From an uncultured Pseudacidovorax sp. (GTDB lineage: Bacteria; Pseudomonadota; Gammaproteobacteria; Burkholderiales; Burkholderiaceae_C), in NCBI RefSeq assembly GCF_913773995.1, contig NZ_CAJYES010000033.1, positions 17,364 through 81,363 of the forward strand: 64,000 nucleotides of DNA, in the 5' to 3' direction. The notes beneath the pieces are model-generated. The model worked only from the letters and a program-made list of their open reading frames with translations, was not told where the DNA came from and did not search any database. Shown in pieces: positions 7,824-17,677 of the stretch. Each line of letters begins with the position of its first letter. Positions within the stretch are counted from its first letter, which is position 1. Both the position numbers and the translations under genes were made by a program.

Positions 7824-8796
7824 CTTCCTGCGGCTTGCCGCACGCGCCACCGCCGCATTGGCACTGGCCCTGCCCTTCGCGGGCGTCGCCCATGCGGCCG
7901 ACAAGATCAAGTTCGGCGTCTTCCCGTCCAGCGCCGCGCTGCCCTTCTACATCGCCCAGAACCGCGGCTGGTTCAAGGAGGCCGGTCTGGAGGTGGAAGA
8001 GGTGCCGATGACCAGCCATCCGCTCACGGTGCAGGCCATCGTCTCGGGCAACATCGACGGCGCCGCCAACCTGGTGACGCTGGAAGGCGCCAACATGGAG
8101 TCGCGCCGGCCCGGCACGCTCAAGTACATCTCGCTCAATGGCCAGAACAGCCAGCATGTGATCGAGCAGTTCGTGGTCAAGGCCTCCAGCCCGGCCAAGT
8201 CGCTCAAGGACTTCAAGAACGGGTTCAAGCTCTTCTCGGCGCCCGGCCCGGCCAACATCGGCGCGGCGCGCGCGGTGCTCAAGAAGGTGGGTCTGGTCGA
8301 AGGCAAGGACTTCACCATCCAGGAGCAGCAGATCGGCGTGCACGTCGGCGCGCTGCAGTCGGGCAACTTCGACGGCGGCTACACGCTGGAGCCCTCGGCC
8401 ACCATCATGGTGGCGCAGGGCGTGGGCCGGCGCGTGGAGACGGGCGTGATCGCCACCTACCTGCTGGGCCGCAAGGAGGCCTCGGCCTTCGCTGCCGGGG
8501 CCGTGCTGTCCGACAAGTTCATCGCCGAGCGGCCCGAGGTCGCCAAGCGCTTCGCCGCCGTGTGGGCGCGCGGCGTGAAGGCCGCGCAGACCGACACCAG
8601 CACCCGCGGCTACCTGATCCAGGGCATGAAGGTGCCGCCCGAGCTGGCCGCCACCGTGCCGCTGCCGCGCATCGTGATGACGGGCGACCTGTCGCCGGCC
8701 GACGTGGCCGACTTCCAGAAATTCCTGGACATCGGCACCGAGCTGGGCGTGATCAAGGACAGGATCGACGGCAAGGCCGTGGTCAAGGCGCTGTGA
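7810..8796 (+). CDS. NitT/TauT-family ABC transporter substrate-binding protein
   Basis: Signal peptide ending AHA-A; ALPFYIAQNRGWFKEAGLEVE (SsuA/NMT1-like); followed by ATPase and permease genes. Confidence 0.88.
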   Translation: MLRTDFLRLAARATAALALALPFAGVAHAADKIKFGVFPSSAALPFYIAQNRGWFKEAGLEVEEVPMTSHPLTVQAIVSGNIDGAANLVTLEGANMESRRPGTLKYISLNGQNSQHVIEQFVVKASSPAKSLKDFKNGFKLFSAPGPANIGAARAVLKKVGLVEGKDFTIQEQQIGVHVGALQSGNFDGGYTLEPSATIMVAQGVGRRVETGVIATYLLGRKEASAFAAGAVLSDKFIAERPEVAKRFAAVWARGVKAAQTDTSTRGYLIQGMKVPPELAATVPLPRIVMTGDLSPADVADFQKFLDIGTELGVIKDRIDGKAVVKAL

Positions 8797-9641
8797 TGCG
8801 GGCCATGGACGTCTCCCCGCCGCGCACTGCGCCCCCCACCGACGCCGACGCGACCAGCGCCGCCGCGGGCCACCGCTGGTTCGCGCCCGGCACGCACATC
8901 ACCATCCGCGGGCTGACCAAGCGCTTCGGCGATGCGGCGGTGTACGAGAACTTCGACCTCGACATCCCGCACGGCAGGATCACCTCGGTCTTCGGCCCCA
9001 ACGGCTGCGGCAAGAGCACGCTGATCAACATGATCGCGGGCATCCTGCCGCACGACGGCGGCCAGATCCTGTTCGAGGGCAAGACGGCGCGCGAGACGCG
9101 CATCGGCTACGTCTTCCAGAACTACCGCGAGGCGGTGTTCCCGTGGATGCGGGCCATCGACAACATCCGCTACCCGCTGCAGTACCTGGGCCTGTCGAAG
9201 GCCGAGCGCGAGGCGCGCATGGACCGGCTGATGGCCGAGTTCGACGTCAAGCTGGACCTGTCGCGCTACCCCTATCAGATGTCCGGCGGCCAGCAGCAGC
9301 TGGTGTCGATCATGCGGGCGCTGGTGGTGGAGCCGGAGGTGCTCTTCCTCGATGAGCCCTTCTCCGCGCTGGACTACGAGATGGTCATGTTTTTGCGCGA
9401 GCGGCTGCAGAGGGTGCTGGTGGGGCGCAAGGTGACGACGCTGCTCGTCTCCCACGACCTGGACGAGGCCGTGCTGCTGGCCGACCATGTGCTGCTGCTG
9501 ACCAAGCGGCCCACGCAGGTGGCCGACAACCTGCCCTTCGACGTGCCGCGCCCGCGCACGGCGGCCACCACCGTCTCGCCGGAGTTCATCGACGTGAAGA
9601 CGCGGGCGCTGGAGATCTTCCAACGCGAGGTGCGCAAATGA
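8796..9641 (+). CDS. NitT/TauT ABC transporter ATP-binding protein
   Basis: Walker [10 protein letters not shown], signature MSGGQQQ, Walker [13 protein letters not shown]-loop VSHD. ATG 8796 overlaps the upstream TGA. Confidence 0.93.
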   Translation: MRAMDVSPPRTAPPTDADATSAAAGHRWFAPGTHITIRGLTKRFGDAAVYENFDLDIPHGRITSVFGPNGCGKSTLINMIAGILPHDGGQILFEGKTARETRIGYVFQNYREAVFPWMRAIDNIRYPLQYLGLSKAEREARMDRLMAEFDVKLDLSRYPYQMSGGQQQLVSIMRALVVEPEVLFLDEPFSALDYEMVMFLRERLQRVLVGRKVTTLLVSHDLDEAVLLADHVLLLTKRPTQVADNLPFDVPRPRTAATTVSPEFIDVKTRALEIFQREVRK

Positions 9642-10399
9642 AGACGCCGATCGCTGCACGCCTGCGGCCGCTGTGGGGCATGGCCCTGATCATCGCGCTG
9701 TGGGCCTTCGCCCATGCCACCAAGGCGGTGGACCCGGTGCTGCTGCCCTCGCCCGGCGAGGCGCTGCAGGCCTTCTGGAAGGGGCTCTCGGGCGGCACGC
9801 TGTGGGGCGACTTCGAGAAGACCATCGTGCGCACACTGGTCTCCTTCGTCATCGCGCTGGCGGTGGCCGTGCCGCTGGGCGTGATCCTGGGGGCCAACGA
9901 GAAGATCTACGAAGGCATCGAGTTCGCCATCGACTTCTTCCGCTCGACGCCGGCCTCGGCCATGTTCCCGCTCTTCCTGGTGCTGTTCGGCGTGGGCGAG
10001 AAGACCAAGATCGCCGTGGCCGCCTTCGGCGCGGCGCTGGCCATCCTGTTCAACGTGGCCTACGGCGTGATGAGCGCGCGCAAGCAGCGGCAGCTGGCCG
10101 CCCGCGTGATGGGCGCGCCGCGCTGGCGGGTGCTGACCGACGTGACGCTGCTCGAATCCATGCCGCAGGTCTTCGTGGGCATGCGCTCGGGTGTGTCCAT
10201 CGCGCTGGTGATCGTGATCGTGGCCGAGATGTTCATCGGCTCCACCGACGGCCTGGGCCAGCGCATCATGAATGCCCAGACCATCTTCGACATGCCCGAC
10301 ATGTACGCTTCGATCTTCGCGGCGGGCCTGCTGGGCTACGTGATGAACCTCATCTTCCTGGTGGCGGAGCGGCGCTTCGTGCACTGGGGCGGAAAGTAA
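9638..10399 (+). CDS. NitT/TauT ABC transporter permease
   Basis: LLPSP motif, multiple transmembrane segments, EAA-like loop [18 protein letters not shown], and VAEMF. Confidence 0.92.
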   Translation: MKTPIAARLRPLWGMALIIALWAFAHATKAVDPVLLPSPGEALQAFWKGLSGGTLWGDFEKTIVRTLVSFVIALAVAVPLGVILGANEKIYEGIEFAIDFFRSTPASAMFPLFLVLFGVGEKTKIAVAAFGAALAILFNVAYGVMSARKQRQLAARVMGAPRWRVLTDVTLLESMPQVFVGMRSGVSIALVIVIVAEMFIGSTDGLGQRIMNAQTIFDMPDMYASIFAAGLLGYVMNLIFLVAERRFVHWGGK

Positions 10400-10410
10400 G
10401 AGACGACCCC

Positions 10411-10800
10411 ATGACTGTGTCCATGAACGAGATCAACCTGCCGGACGTGCTGGCCGAGGTGAACGCGGTGTTCGACGAGTACGAGCGCGCCCTGACGACC
10501 AACGACGTGCCGGTGCTCGATCAGCTGTTCTGGGACTCGGAACACACGCTGCGCTACGGCGCCACCGAGAACCTCTATGGCTACGCCGCGATCCAGGCCT
10601 TCCGCCAGGGCCGCCCGGCCAACAACCTGGAGCGCGAGATCACCGCCCGCTCGGTCACCACCTTCGGCCGCGATTTCGCCGTCGCCAACGTGGAGTTCCG
10701 CCGCACCGGCAGCACCCGCATCGGCCGCCAGAGCCAGACCTGGGTGCGCCTGCCCGAGGGCTGGAAGGTGGTGGCGGCCCATGTGAGCCTGATGGGCTGA
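10411..10800 (+). CDS. hpxZ: HpxZ/AtzH-family protein (DUF3225, NTF2-like)
   Basis: [43 protein letters not shown] and [10 protein letters not shown] are characteristic of the family. Confidence 0.92.
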   Translation: MTVSMNEINLPDVLAEVNAVFDEYERALTTNDVPVLDQLFWDSEHTLRYGATENLYGYAAIQAFRQGRPANNLEREITARSVTTFGRDFAVANVEFRRTGSTRIGRQSQTWVRLPEGWKVVAAHVSLMG

Positions 10801-10825
10801 TGGGCTGATGGGCTGATGGGCTGAT
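10789..10825. repeat. Tandem 8-mer (CTGATGGG) x4 plus a partial copy, spanning the hpxZ stop codon
   Basis: Read directly from the sequence: ctgatggg ctgatggg ctgatggg ctgatggg ctgat. Confidence 0.95.
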
Positions 10826-10835
10826 CGCCCCATCC

Positions 10836-10895
10836 CCGTTCGGGCTGAGCTTGTCGAAGCCTTGCGCAGCGCTTCGACAAGCTCAGCGCGAACGG
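10836..10895. repeat. REP-like palindrome between convergent genes (possible terminator-like hairpin)
   Basis: CCGTTCGGGCTGAGCTTGTCGAAGC ... GCTTCGACAAGCTCAGCGCGAACGG, near-perfect 25-bp inverted arms. Confidence 0.92.
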
Positions 10896-10914
10896 CTGTG
10901 ATGACGCCGAGCCA

Positions 10915-11631
10915 CTACTTTCCGCCCCCAGCCGCCATCGCCTTCTGCATCTCCGCCGCCATGCGACGCATGTCCTCGGGCGACATGGACTGCTGCATCT
11001 GGCCCATCATGCGCTGGATCTCGGCCTGCGTCGGCGCCCGGCCCGCGGCCGCGGCGGCGCCCATCGGCGCCGTCATGCGCTGCATGTCGACGACGTTCAT
11101 CTTCATGCCGCCGGGCAGCACCATGTCGCCGGGCCGCATGCCGGCGGGGCAGGCGCCCTTCCATTGCGCCTCCATCGTCATGTCGCTCTCGTCCTGTTTG
11201 GCTCGGGGCGGGGCATAGGTGGTGTGGGAGCTCACGCGGTAGCTGCTGTTCATGTCGCCGGTGACGACGGTCAGCCGCGTCATCGTGGTGTCGGGCAGCT
11301 TGCAGACCTCCTTGTGCGTCAGCACGCGGCCCACCTCGCTGCGCATGTCCTCCTGGCAGTTCGTGGGCTTGCGCGCCTCGGCCTGACGACTCGCACCCTG
11401 CTCCTGCAGCAGTCGGTCGGTGGCCGCATCGGCGCACTGCTGCAGGGTCATCGGCTGGCCCTTGGCGGAGGTTTCCACGCGCATCTCCCACAAGCCGTCC
11501 TTGCGGCGCGGGAAAGCTGGGCCGGCGAACACGGCGGCGGTCTCGGCGAGCAGCGCGAGGGCGATGGTGATGCGGGCGGTGCGGAAGGGACGGAAGGGAC
11601 GGAAGGGACGGAAGGGACGGAATGCGGACAT
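10915..11631 (-). CDS. DUF3617-family secreted protein
   Basis: Signal peptide, then RKDGLWEM..T, QQC..C, WKGAC Cys pattern, and a Met/Gln-rich helical tail. Confidence 0.8.
   Translation of the reverse strand: MSAFRPFRPFRPFRPFRTARITIALALLAETAAVFAGPAFPRRKDGLWEMRVETSAKGQPMTLQQCADAATDRLLQEQGASRQAEARKPTNCQEDMRSEVGRVLTHKEVCKLPDTTMTRLTVVTGDMNSSYRVSSHTTYAPPRAKQDESDMTMEAQWKGACPAGMRPGDMVLPGGMKMNVVDMQRMTAPMGAAAAAGRAPTQAEIQRMMGQMQQSMSPEDMRRMAAEMQKAMAAGGGK
11582..11622. repeat. Tandem 9-mer (CGGAAGGGA) x4 plus a partial copy, encoding (FRP)n in the DUF3617 signal n-region
   Basis: Read directly from the sequence; protein starts MSAFRPFRPFRPFRPFRTAR. Confidence 0.95.
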
Positions 11632-11759
11632 GACGGCTCCTCGGCGGGTGGGGGCGTTCCGCCTGCCGCGGTTGTAGTGGCCCGCGCCGCCGCTGCGAAT
11701 ATCGCGCGCGTACTAGGTCGAAGGTCGAGCCAGCCCGCCGAGCTCCGCCGTGATCCCGC

Positions 11760-12968
11760 TCAGAACGCCGTCCACTTCTGCGCGCTGGCTGCGCTCTCCA
11801 CCGCCTTCTCGATGAAGCGCACGCCGCGCGCGCCATCGGCCAGGGTGGGGTAGTCGGCCCGCAGCGGATCGGGCGCCACGCCCTGCTGCAGCGCGCGGAT
11901 GTGCGCGATCACGCCCAGGTAGACATTCGCGAAGGCCTCGATGAAGCCCTCCGGGTGGCCGGCCGGCAGCCGCGTGGCCAGGCGCGCAGAAGCGCCCAGC
12001 CACGGCGAGCCGCGCGTCAGCAGCCGCCGCGGGCCGTCCAGCGGTGAATGCACCAGCAACTCGGGCTGCTCCTGCCGCCAGTCCAGCGTGCCGGTGGTGC
12101 CGAAGACGCGCAGGCGCAGGTCGTTCTCGCAGCCCACCGCGATCTGCGAGGCCACGAGCACGCCACGCGCGCCGCCCTTGAAGCGCAGCAGCAGGCTGGC
12201 GTCGTCGTCCAGCCGACGGCCGGGCACCAGCGCCGACAGGTCGGCGCACAGGCTGTCCAGTTCCAGGCCGGTGACGGTGGCCACGAGGTTCTCGGCATGC
12301 GAGCCGATGTCGCCCAATGCACCGGCCGCACCGCTGCGTGCCGGGTCGGTGCGCCAGCCGGCCTGCTTGTTGTCGCCGCCTTCGAGGCGCGTGGCCAGCC
12401 AGCCCTGGTGGTAGTCGACCACCACCTTGCGCACCTCGCCGATGGCGCCAGCGGCCACCATATCGCGAGCCTCGCGCACCATGGGATAGCCGCTGTAGTT
12501 GTAGGTCACGCCGAAGACGCTGCCGCTGCGTGCCACCGTGCTCACGAGATCCTGCGCCTGCTCGCTGGTGTGGACCAGCGGCTTGTCGCACACCACATGG
12601 ATGCCGGCCTCGGCGAAGGCGCGTGCGACCTCGTGGTGCAGGTGGTTGGGCGTGACGATGGTGACGAAGTCGATGCGCTCGTCGGCGCTGCGGCGTAGCT
12701 CATCCTGAAGCAGCGACTGCCAGTCGGCATGGTTGCGCGCATCGGCCAGGCCCAGTTCGCGCCCCGAGGCGCGCGCGCGCTCGGGCGTGGAGGACAGGGC
12801 GCCAGCCACCAGCTCGGCCTGGCTGTCCAGCGCCAGGGCCTGGCGGTGCACGGCGCCGATGAAGGCGCCCTGGCCGCCGCCGACCATGGCATAGCGCAGC
12901 TTGCGGGTGGCCTGGGGCGCGTCTGCGCTGTCCATGGCTGTGGGCCGTGCCTCGGTGTGTTCGCTCAT
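11760..12968 (-). CDS. Gfo/Idh/MocA-family oxidoreductase
   Basis: [34 protein letters not shown] and [12 protein letters not shown] 12968 overlaps the upstream TGA. Confidence 0.92.
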   Translation of the reverse strand: MSEHTEARPTAMDSADAPQATRKLRYAMVGGGQGAFIGAVHRQALALDSQAELVAGALSSTPERARASGRELGLADARNHADWQSLLQDELRRSADERIDFVTIVTPNHLHHEVARAFAEAGIHVVCDKPLVHTSEQAQDLVSTVARSGSVFGVTYNYSGYPMVREARDMVAAGAIGEVRKVVVDYHQGWLATRLEGGDNKQAGWRTDPARSGAAGALGDIGSHAENLVATVTGLELDSLCADLSALVPGRRLDDDASLLLRFKGGARGVLVASQIAVGCENDLRLRVFGTTGTLDWRQEQPELLVHSPLDGPRRLLTRGSPWLGASARLATRLPAGHPEGFIEAFANVYLGVIAHIRALQQGVAPDPLRADYPTLADGARGVRFIEKAVESAASAQKWTAF

Positions 12969-13990
12969 GTGCCTGCCATGCCGCCCTGGGCGGCCTTGTC
13001 GAAGGCGGCATCGAAGGCACCGGCCGCGGGCGGAAAGTCCAGCCGGCGGCAGAAGGCGGCGCTTTCGGTGGCGCCATGCACGCGGTCCATGCGGCTGTCC
13101 TCCCACTCCACCGAGAGCGGGCCGGCATAGCCGATGTCGTTGAGCGCCACGATGATGGATTCGAAGTCCACCATACCGCGGCCCACACTGCGGAAGTCCC
13201 AGAAGCGGCGCGCGTCCCCGAAGCTGGTGTGGCCGCCGAAGACGCCCACGCTGCCATCGCCCCTGCCCCACCACACGTCCTTCATGTGGGCGTTGTAGAT
13301 GCGGTCGGCAAAGCCGCGGATGAAGCGCACGTAGTCCACGCCCTGGTAGGCCAGGTGGCTGGGGTCGTAGTTGAAGCCGAAGCGCCGGTGGCCGCCCACG
13401 GCGGCGACGGCCCGCTCGGCCGAGGCGATGTCGAAAGCGATCTCGGTGGGATGCACCTCGAGCGCGAAGTTCACGTCCTGCTGCTCGAAGGTGTCCAGGA
13501 TGGGCCCGAAGCGCCGCCCGAAGTCCGCGAAACCCGCATCCCAGTAGGCCTGCGTCGTCGGGGGGAAGGCATAGGTGGCGTGCCAGATCGACGAGCCGGT
13601 GAAGCCGGTGACGGTCTTGACGCCGAATTTCGCCGCGGCGCGCGCCGTGTCAGCCAGTTCGCGAGCGGCGCGCTGGCGCACGCCTTCCGGCTCGCCGTCG
13701 CCCCACACATGGGCGGGCAGGATGGCGCGGTGCCGCTCGTCGATGAGGTCGCACACCGCCTGGCCCACCAGGTGGTTGCCGATGGCCAGGCAGGTGAGGC
13801 CATGCTCGCGCAGCAGCGCCCACTTGTCGCGCACATAGGTGTCGGAGGCCAGGGCCTGCTGCACGTCGAAGTGGTCGCCCCAGCAGGCCAGCTCCAGGCC
13901 GTCATAGCCCATGCGCCGGGCCAGCGGCGCCAGTTCGGTCAGCGGCAGGTCGGCCCACTGGCCGGTGAAGAGGGTGATGGGGCGCGGCAT
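12965..13990 (-). CDS. Sugar phosphate isomerase/epimerase (xylose isomerase-like TIM barrel, AP_endonuc_2)
   Basis: [27 protein letters not shown] and LSVEWED metal-binding motifs. Confidence 0.9.
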   Translation of the reverse strand: MPRPITLFTGQWADLPLTELAPLARRMGYDGLELACWGDHFDVQQALASDTYVRDKWALLREHGLTCLAIGNHLVGQAVCDLIDERHRAILPAHVWGDGEPEGVRQRAARELADTARAAAKFGVKTVTGFTGSSIWHATYAFPPTTQAYWDAGFADFGRRFGPILDTFEQQDVNFALEVHPTEIAFDIASAERAVAAVGGHRRFGFNYDPSHLAYQGVDYVRFIRGFADRIYNAHMKDVWWGRGDGSVGVFGGHTSFGDARRFWDFRSVGRGMVDFESIIVALNDIGYAGPLSVEWEDSRMDRVHGATESAAFCRRLDFPPAAGAFDAAFDKAAQGGMAGT

Positions 13991-14003
13991 GGACCGTCCT
14001 CCG

Positions 14004-14966
14004 TCAGAACGGGGAGTCGGGGTGGTAGAAGTCCTTGGCGTTGTCCTTCGTGATCAACACCGAAGGAATGATCGTGGTCGCCGGCAGCTTCTCGCCCTTC
14101 AGGCGCGCCTCGGCCGTGAGCTTGATCGCGTCGTAGATGAACTTGGGCGAGTAGCTCACGTCGGCCTGGATGCGCGGGTCCTTGTTGTCGAGGATGGTCT
14201 TGACCATGCCCTTGGCCCCGGCGCCGCCGAAGACGATCTTGATGTCGTTGCGCTTGGCCTGCTCGATGGCCTTGAGCACGCCCACGGCCATGTCGTCGTC
14301 GGCGGCCCAGATGGCGTCGATTTCCTTGAAGCGCGTGAGGTAGTCCTGCGTCACCTTGAAGGCATCGTCGCGGTTCCAGTTGGCGTACTTGGCGTCCAGC
14401 AGCTTGATGTCCGGGTAGTTCTTGAGCACGGCGTTGAAGGCATCCATGCGCTCGTTGTCCAGTGTGGTCGCGATGCCGCGCAGCGCCACCACGTTGCCCT
14501 TGCCGTTCAGCTTCTTGGCGATGTACTCGGCGGGGATCTTGCCGAAGGCGGTGTTGTCACCGGCCACGTAGGCGTCCTGCGCGCTGGTGTCGGTGAGGCC
14601 GCGGTCCACCACCGTGACGTAGGCGCCCTTGGCCTTGACCTGCGCCACCGGCTTGGTCAGCGCGGCCGACTCGAAGGGGAAGACGACCAGCGCGTTGATC
14701 TTGGTGACGGTGCTCAGATCCTGCAGCTGGTTGGCCTGCTCGGGCGCGTTGGCAGCCGTCTTGATGGTGATCTTCAGGTCCTTGTACTGCTTCTCCAGGT
14801 CCTTCTTGGCCTGGTTGGCCCAGTAGTTGATGCCGCCCATGAAGCTGTGGGTGGCGGCCGGGATGGACACGCCGAGGTTCACTTTCTCGGCGGCCAGCGC
14901 GGGCACGCTGGCGAAGGCGGCGGAGGCCACGGCGGTGAGCGCGAGGCGGCGGGTGACGAAGGTCAT
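14004..14966 (-). CDS. Sugar ABC transporter substrate-binding protein (RbsB-like)
   Basis: Signal peptide; [20 protein letters not shown] and [10 protein letters not shown]. Confidence 0.92.
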   Translation of the reverse strand: MTFVTRRLALTAVASAAFASVPALAAEKVNLGVSIPAATHSFMGGINYWANQAKKDLEKQYKDLKITIKTAANAPEQANQLQDLSTVTKINALVVFPFESAALTKPVAQVKAKGAYVTVVDRGLTDTSAQDAYVAGDNTAFGKIPAEYIAKKLNGKGNVVALRGIATTLDNERMDAFNAVLKNYPDIKLLDAKYANWNRDDAFKVTQDYLTRFKEIDAIWAADDDMAVGVLKAIEQAKRNDIKIVFGGAGAKGMVKTILDNKDPRIQADVSYSPKFIYDAIKLTAEARLKGEKLPATTIIPSVLITKDNAKDFYHPDSPF

Positions 14967-15014
14967 GGGGTTGTCTCCTGGGTTGGATGGAAGGTCACTG
15001 GCACACGAAAACAT

Positions 15015-15075
15015 CCGTTCGCGCCGAGCCTGTCGGAGCGCCGGCACCCGGCTTCGACAGGCTCAGCCCGAACGG
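15015..15075. repeat. REP-like palindrome, inverted relative to the 10836 copy
   Basis: CCGTTCGCGCCGAGCCTGTCGGAGC ... GCTTCGACAGGCTCAGCCCGAACGG, intergenic between the permease and binding-protein genes. Confidence 0.9.
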
Positions 15076-15116
15076 TGGGAGAGAGGCGCGCTGCCCGAAC
15101 GGCTGGGAGAAGGCGT

Positions 15117-16145
15117 TCATCGCCGCCCCCTCTGCAGAAAGGCCACCACGATGATCACGAAGCCCTGCACCGCCGCGTTGAGGTACACGCTGATGATGCT
15201 GGTGAGGTTGAGGATGTTGCTGATGACCGAGAGCAGGATCGCCCCCACCACCGTGCCGGCGATGCTGCCCGCGCCGCCCTTGAGCGCGGTGCCACCGACG
15301 ATCACGGCGGCGATGGCCTCCAGCTCCCAGAGCAGGCCGGTGGTGGGCGAGGCCGAGCCCAGACGCGGCACGTACAGCAGCGTGGCGATGCCCACGCACA
15401 CACCCAGCAGCATGTAGGTGAAGATCTTCACGCGGTCCACGTCCACGGCCGCATAGCGCGCCACCTGCTCGTTGGAGCCGATGGCCTGCACGTAGCGCCC
15501 ATAGGCCGTGCGGTTGAGGATCACGCCGCCCACCGCCGCCACCGCCACGAACACCCACACCGGCACTGGAATGCCCAGCAGGCTCGCGTAGTAGACCGGC
15601 GCGTACAGGTCCGACAGGTCGTTGTCGAGCGTGAGCGCCCCTCCGTCGGCGAAGTAGGTGAGGTAGGCGCGGAAGATGCCCAGCGTGCCCAGGGTGACGA
15701 TGAAGGGCTCGATGCGGCCCTTGGTGATGAGCAGCCCGTGCGCCAGGCCGAACATCGCGCCCAGCACCACCGCCAGGCCCGCGCCCAGTACCACGGCCAG
15801 CAGCGGCGAGCCGGTGGCCGGCCCCGCCCAGTTGATGAACATGATCACGCTGCCCGCGATCAGCGCCGCCATCGAGCCCACCGACAGGTCGATGCCGCCC
15901 GAGATGATCACGAAGCACATGCCCACCGCGATGATGCCGATGAAGGCCGTGCGCGTGAGCACGTTCATGGCGTTGTCCACGGTCGCGAAGTCGCTGTTGA
16001 GTGCGGCCCCCGCGATGCACAGCAGCACCAGGCCGATGATGGGGCCCAGGCCGTGCAGGCGTTCGGCCCAGCCCGGCCGGGCGGCGGCGCGGTGCTGTGC
16101 CCCTTCGGCCGCGGCGGTGGAGGAAGCGGTGTCAGGCGTCGACAT
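15117..16145 (-). CDS. Sugar ABC transporter permease (RbsC-like)
   Basis: [33 protein letters not shown] and [13 protein letters not shown]. Start may be 16163. Confidence 0.93.
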   Translation of the reverse strand: MSTPDTASSTAAAEGAQHRAAARPGWAERLHGLGPIIGLVLLCIAGAALNSDFATVDNAMNVLTRTAFIGIIAVGMCFVIISGGIDLSVGSMAALIAGSVIMFINWAGPATGSPLLAVVLGAGLAVVLGAMFGLAHGLLITKGRIEPFIVTLGTLGIFRAYLTYFADGGALTLDNDLSDLYAPVYYASLLGIPVPVWVFVAVAAVGGVILNRTAYGRYVQAIGSNEQVARYAAVDVDRVKIFTYMLLGVCVGIATLLYVPRLGSASPTTGLLWELEAIAAVIVGGTALKGGAGSIAGTVVGAILLSVISNILNLTSIISVYLNAAVQGFVIIVVAFLQRGRR

Positions 16146-17664
16146 GGGTTGTTCCCGTGGCATGGGCGATAAGCTGTTCTTCGGTGAGGCCGTCGGCCGG
16201 CAGCGTGGCGACGATACGGCCCGCGCGCATGACGGCCACGCGGTGTGCGAGGCCGATGAGTTCCATCAGCTCAGACGAGATGACGATGACGGCCAGGCCT
16301 TCGCGCGCCAGGCGCTGCACGAGAAAGTAGATGTCGCGCTTGGCGCCCACGTCCACGCCGCGCGTGGGTTCGTCGAGCACCACCACCTTCGGATGCGGCT
16401 GCAGCACCTTGGCCAGCGCCAGCTTCTGCTGGTTGCCGCCGGAGAGCGACGAGGCGCGCACGTCCAGCGAGCCGGTGCGGATGCCGTAGTCCTTCACGGC
16501 GGTGTCGAGCGCGGCGCGCTCGGCATCGGGCCTCAGCCAGGGCCGCGCGTACTGGTCCAGCGCCATCAGCGTGAGGTTCTGCCGCAGGCCGAAGGCCACG
16601 TGCAGCCCCTTGCCCTTGCGGTCCTCGCTGAGGTAGGTGAGGCCGTGGCGGGCGGCGTCGCGCGGCGAGCGCAGCTGCACCGCGCGGCCCGCCAGCTCGA
16701 CCTGGCCGCGCCCCGGGCGCAGGCCCAGCAGGCCTTCGAAGAGCTCGGTGCGCCCGGCACCCACCAAGCCGGCGAAGCCGAGGATCTCGCCCGGCCGCAC
16801 CTCGAAGCTGGCCTGCTGCGCCCAGCCGGGCACCTCGAAGCCCTGCACGCGCAGCGCAGGTGCGCGGCCGGCCGGCACCGGCTCGCGCGGCGGATAGAGG
16901 TCGGCGATCTCACGGCCGACCATCAGGTTGGCCATCTGGTGGCGCGTGACCTCGGCCGTGGCCGCGCGCGTGACGAAGCGGCCGTCGCGCATCACGACAA
17001 CCTCGTCGGTCACGCGCTCCACTTCGTCCAGCTTGTGCGAGATGTAGACGATGGTCACGCCGTCGGCCCGCAGTTGCGCGATGAGGCGGAACAGGCGCTC
17101 CGTCTCGCCCGGCGTGAGCGTGGCGGTGGGCTCGTCCATGATCAGCAGCCGGGCGCGCCGCGCGATGGCCTTGGCGATCTCGACCAGCTGCTTCTCCGCC
17201 ACGATCAGGCGCCGCACCTTGGTGGCCGGATCGACCTGCAGGCCCACCTGGGCCAGCGCCGCAGCGGCCTCGGCCTGCATGGCGCGCTCGTCGAGGAACG
17301 GGCCCTTCTTCTTTTCGTGGCCCAGGAAGATGTTGTCGGCCACGCTCAGGTCTTCGGCCAGGTTGAATTCCTGGTGGATCAGCACGACGCCCAGCGCCTC
17401 GGCATCGCGCGAGCTGCGGAAGGCCTGCGGCTGGCCGTTGATGCGCAGCACGCCGCCGCTGGCGCTTTCGTAGCCGGCCAGGATCTTCATCAGCGTGGAC
17501 TTGCCGGCGCCGTTCTCGCCCAGCAGGCCGACCACCCGGCCCGGCGGCAGTGCGAAGCTCACGCCGTGCAGCACCTGAACCGGGCCGAAGGCCTTGGTGA
17601 TGCCGTCGAACTCGACGGCGACGCCGGGCGTCGCTGCCGTGGAGGGGGAGGTCATGGCCGCCAT
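16132..17664 (-). CDS. Sugar ABC transporter ATP-binding protein (two-domain, RbsA-like)
   Basis: [23 protein letters not shown] and [13 protein letters not shown]. Confidence 0.93.
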   Translation of the reverse strand: MAAMTSPSTAATPGVAVEFDGITKAFGPVQVLHGVSFALPPGRVVGLLGENGAGKSTLMKILAGYESASGGVLRINGQPQAFRSSRDAEALGVVLIHQEFNLAEDLSVADNIFLGHEKKKGPFLDERAMQAEAAAALAQVGLQVDPATKVRRLIVAEKQLVEIAKAIARRARLLIMDEPTATLTPGETERLFRLIAQLRADGVTIVYISHKLDEVERVTDEVVVMRDGRFVTRAATAEVTRHQMANLMVGREIADLYPPREPVPAGRAPALRVQGFEVPGWAQQASFEVRPGEILGFAGLVGAGRTELFEGLLGLRPGRGQVELAGRAVQLRSPRDAARHGLTYLSEDRKGKGLHVAFGLRQNLTLMALDQYARPWLRPDAERAALDTAVKDYGIRTGSLDVRASSLSGGNQQKLALAKVLQPHPKVVVLDEPTRGVDVGAKRDIYFLVQRLAREGLAVIVISSELMELIGLAHRVAVMRAGRIVATLPADGLTEEQLIAHATGTTHVDA

Positions 17665-17677
17665 CGCGCGCTCCGGC

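Noticed and set aside
7810-7900. Twin-arginine (Tat) signal on the NitT/TauT binding protein
   Set aside because: The motif reads LRTDFL with a single Arg; it cannot be called Tat from sequence alone.
7108-15075. Recurring 25-bp sequence considered as a CRISPR repeat or IS/MITE ends
   Set aside because: Copies are dispersed inverted pairs, with no regularly spaced direct repeats or unique spacers, no cas or transposase gene, and no target duplication I could identify. Treated as REP-like.
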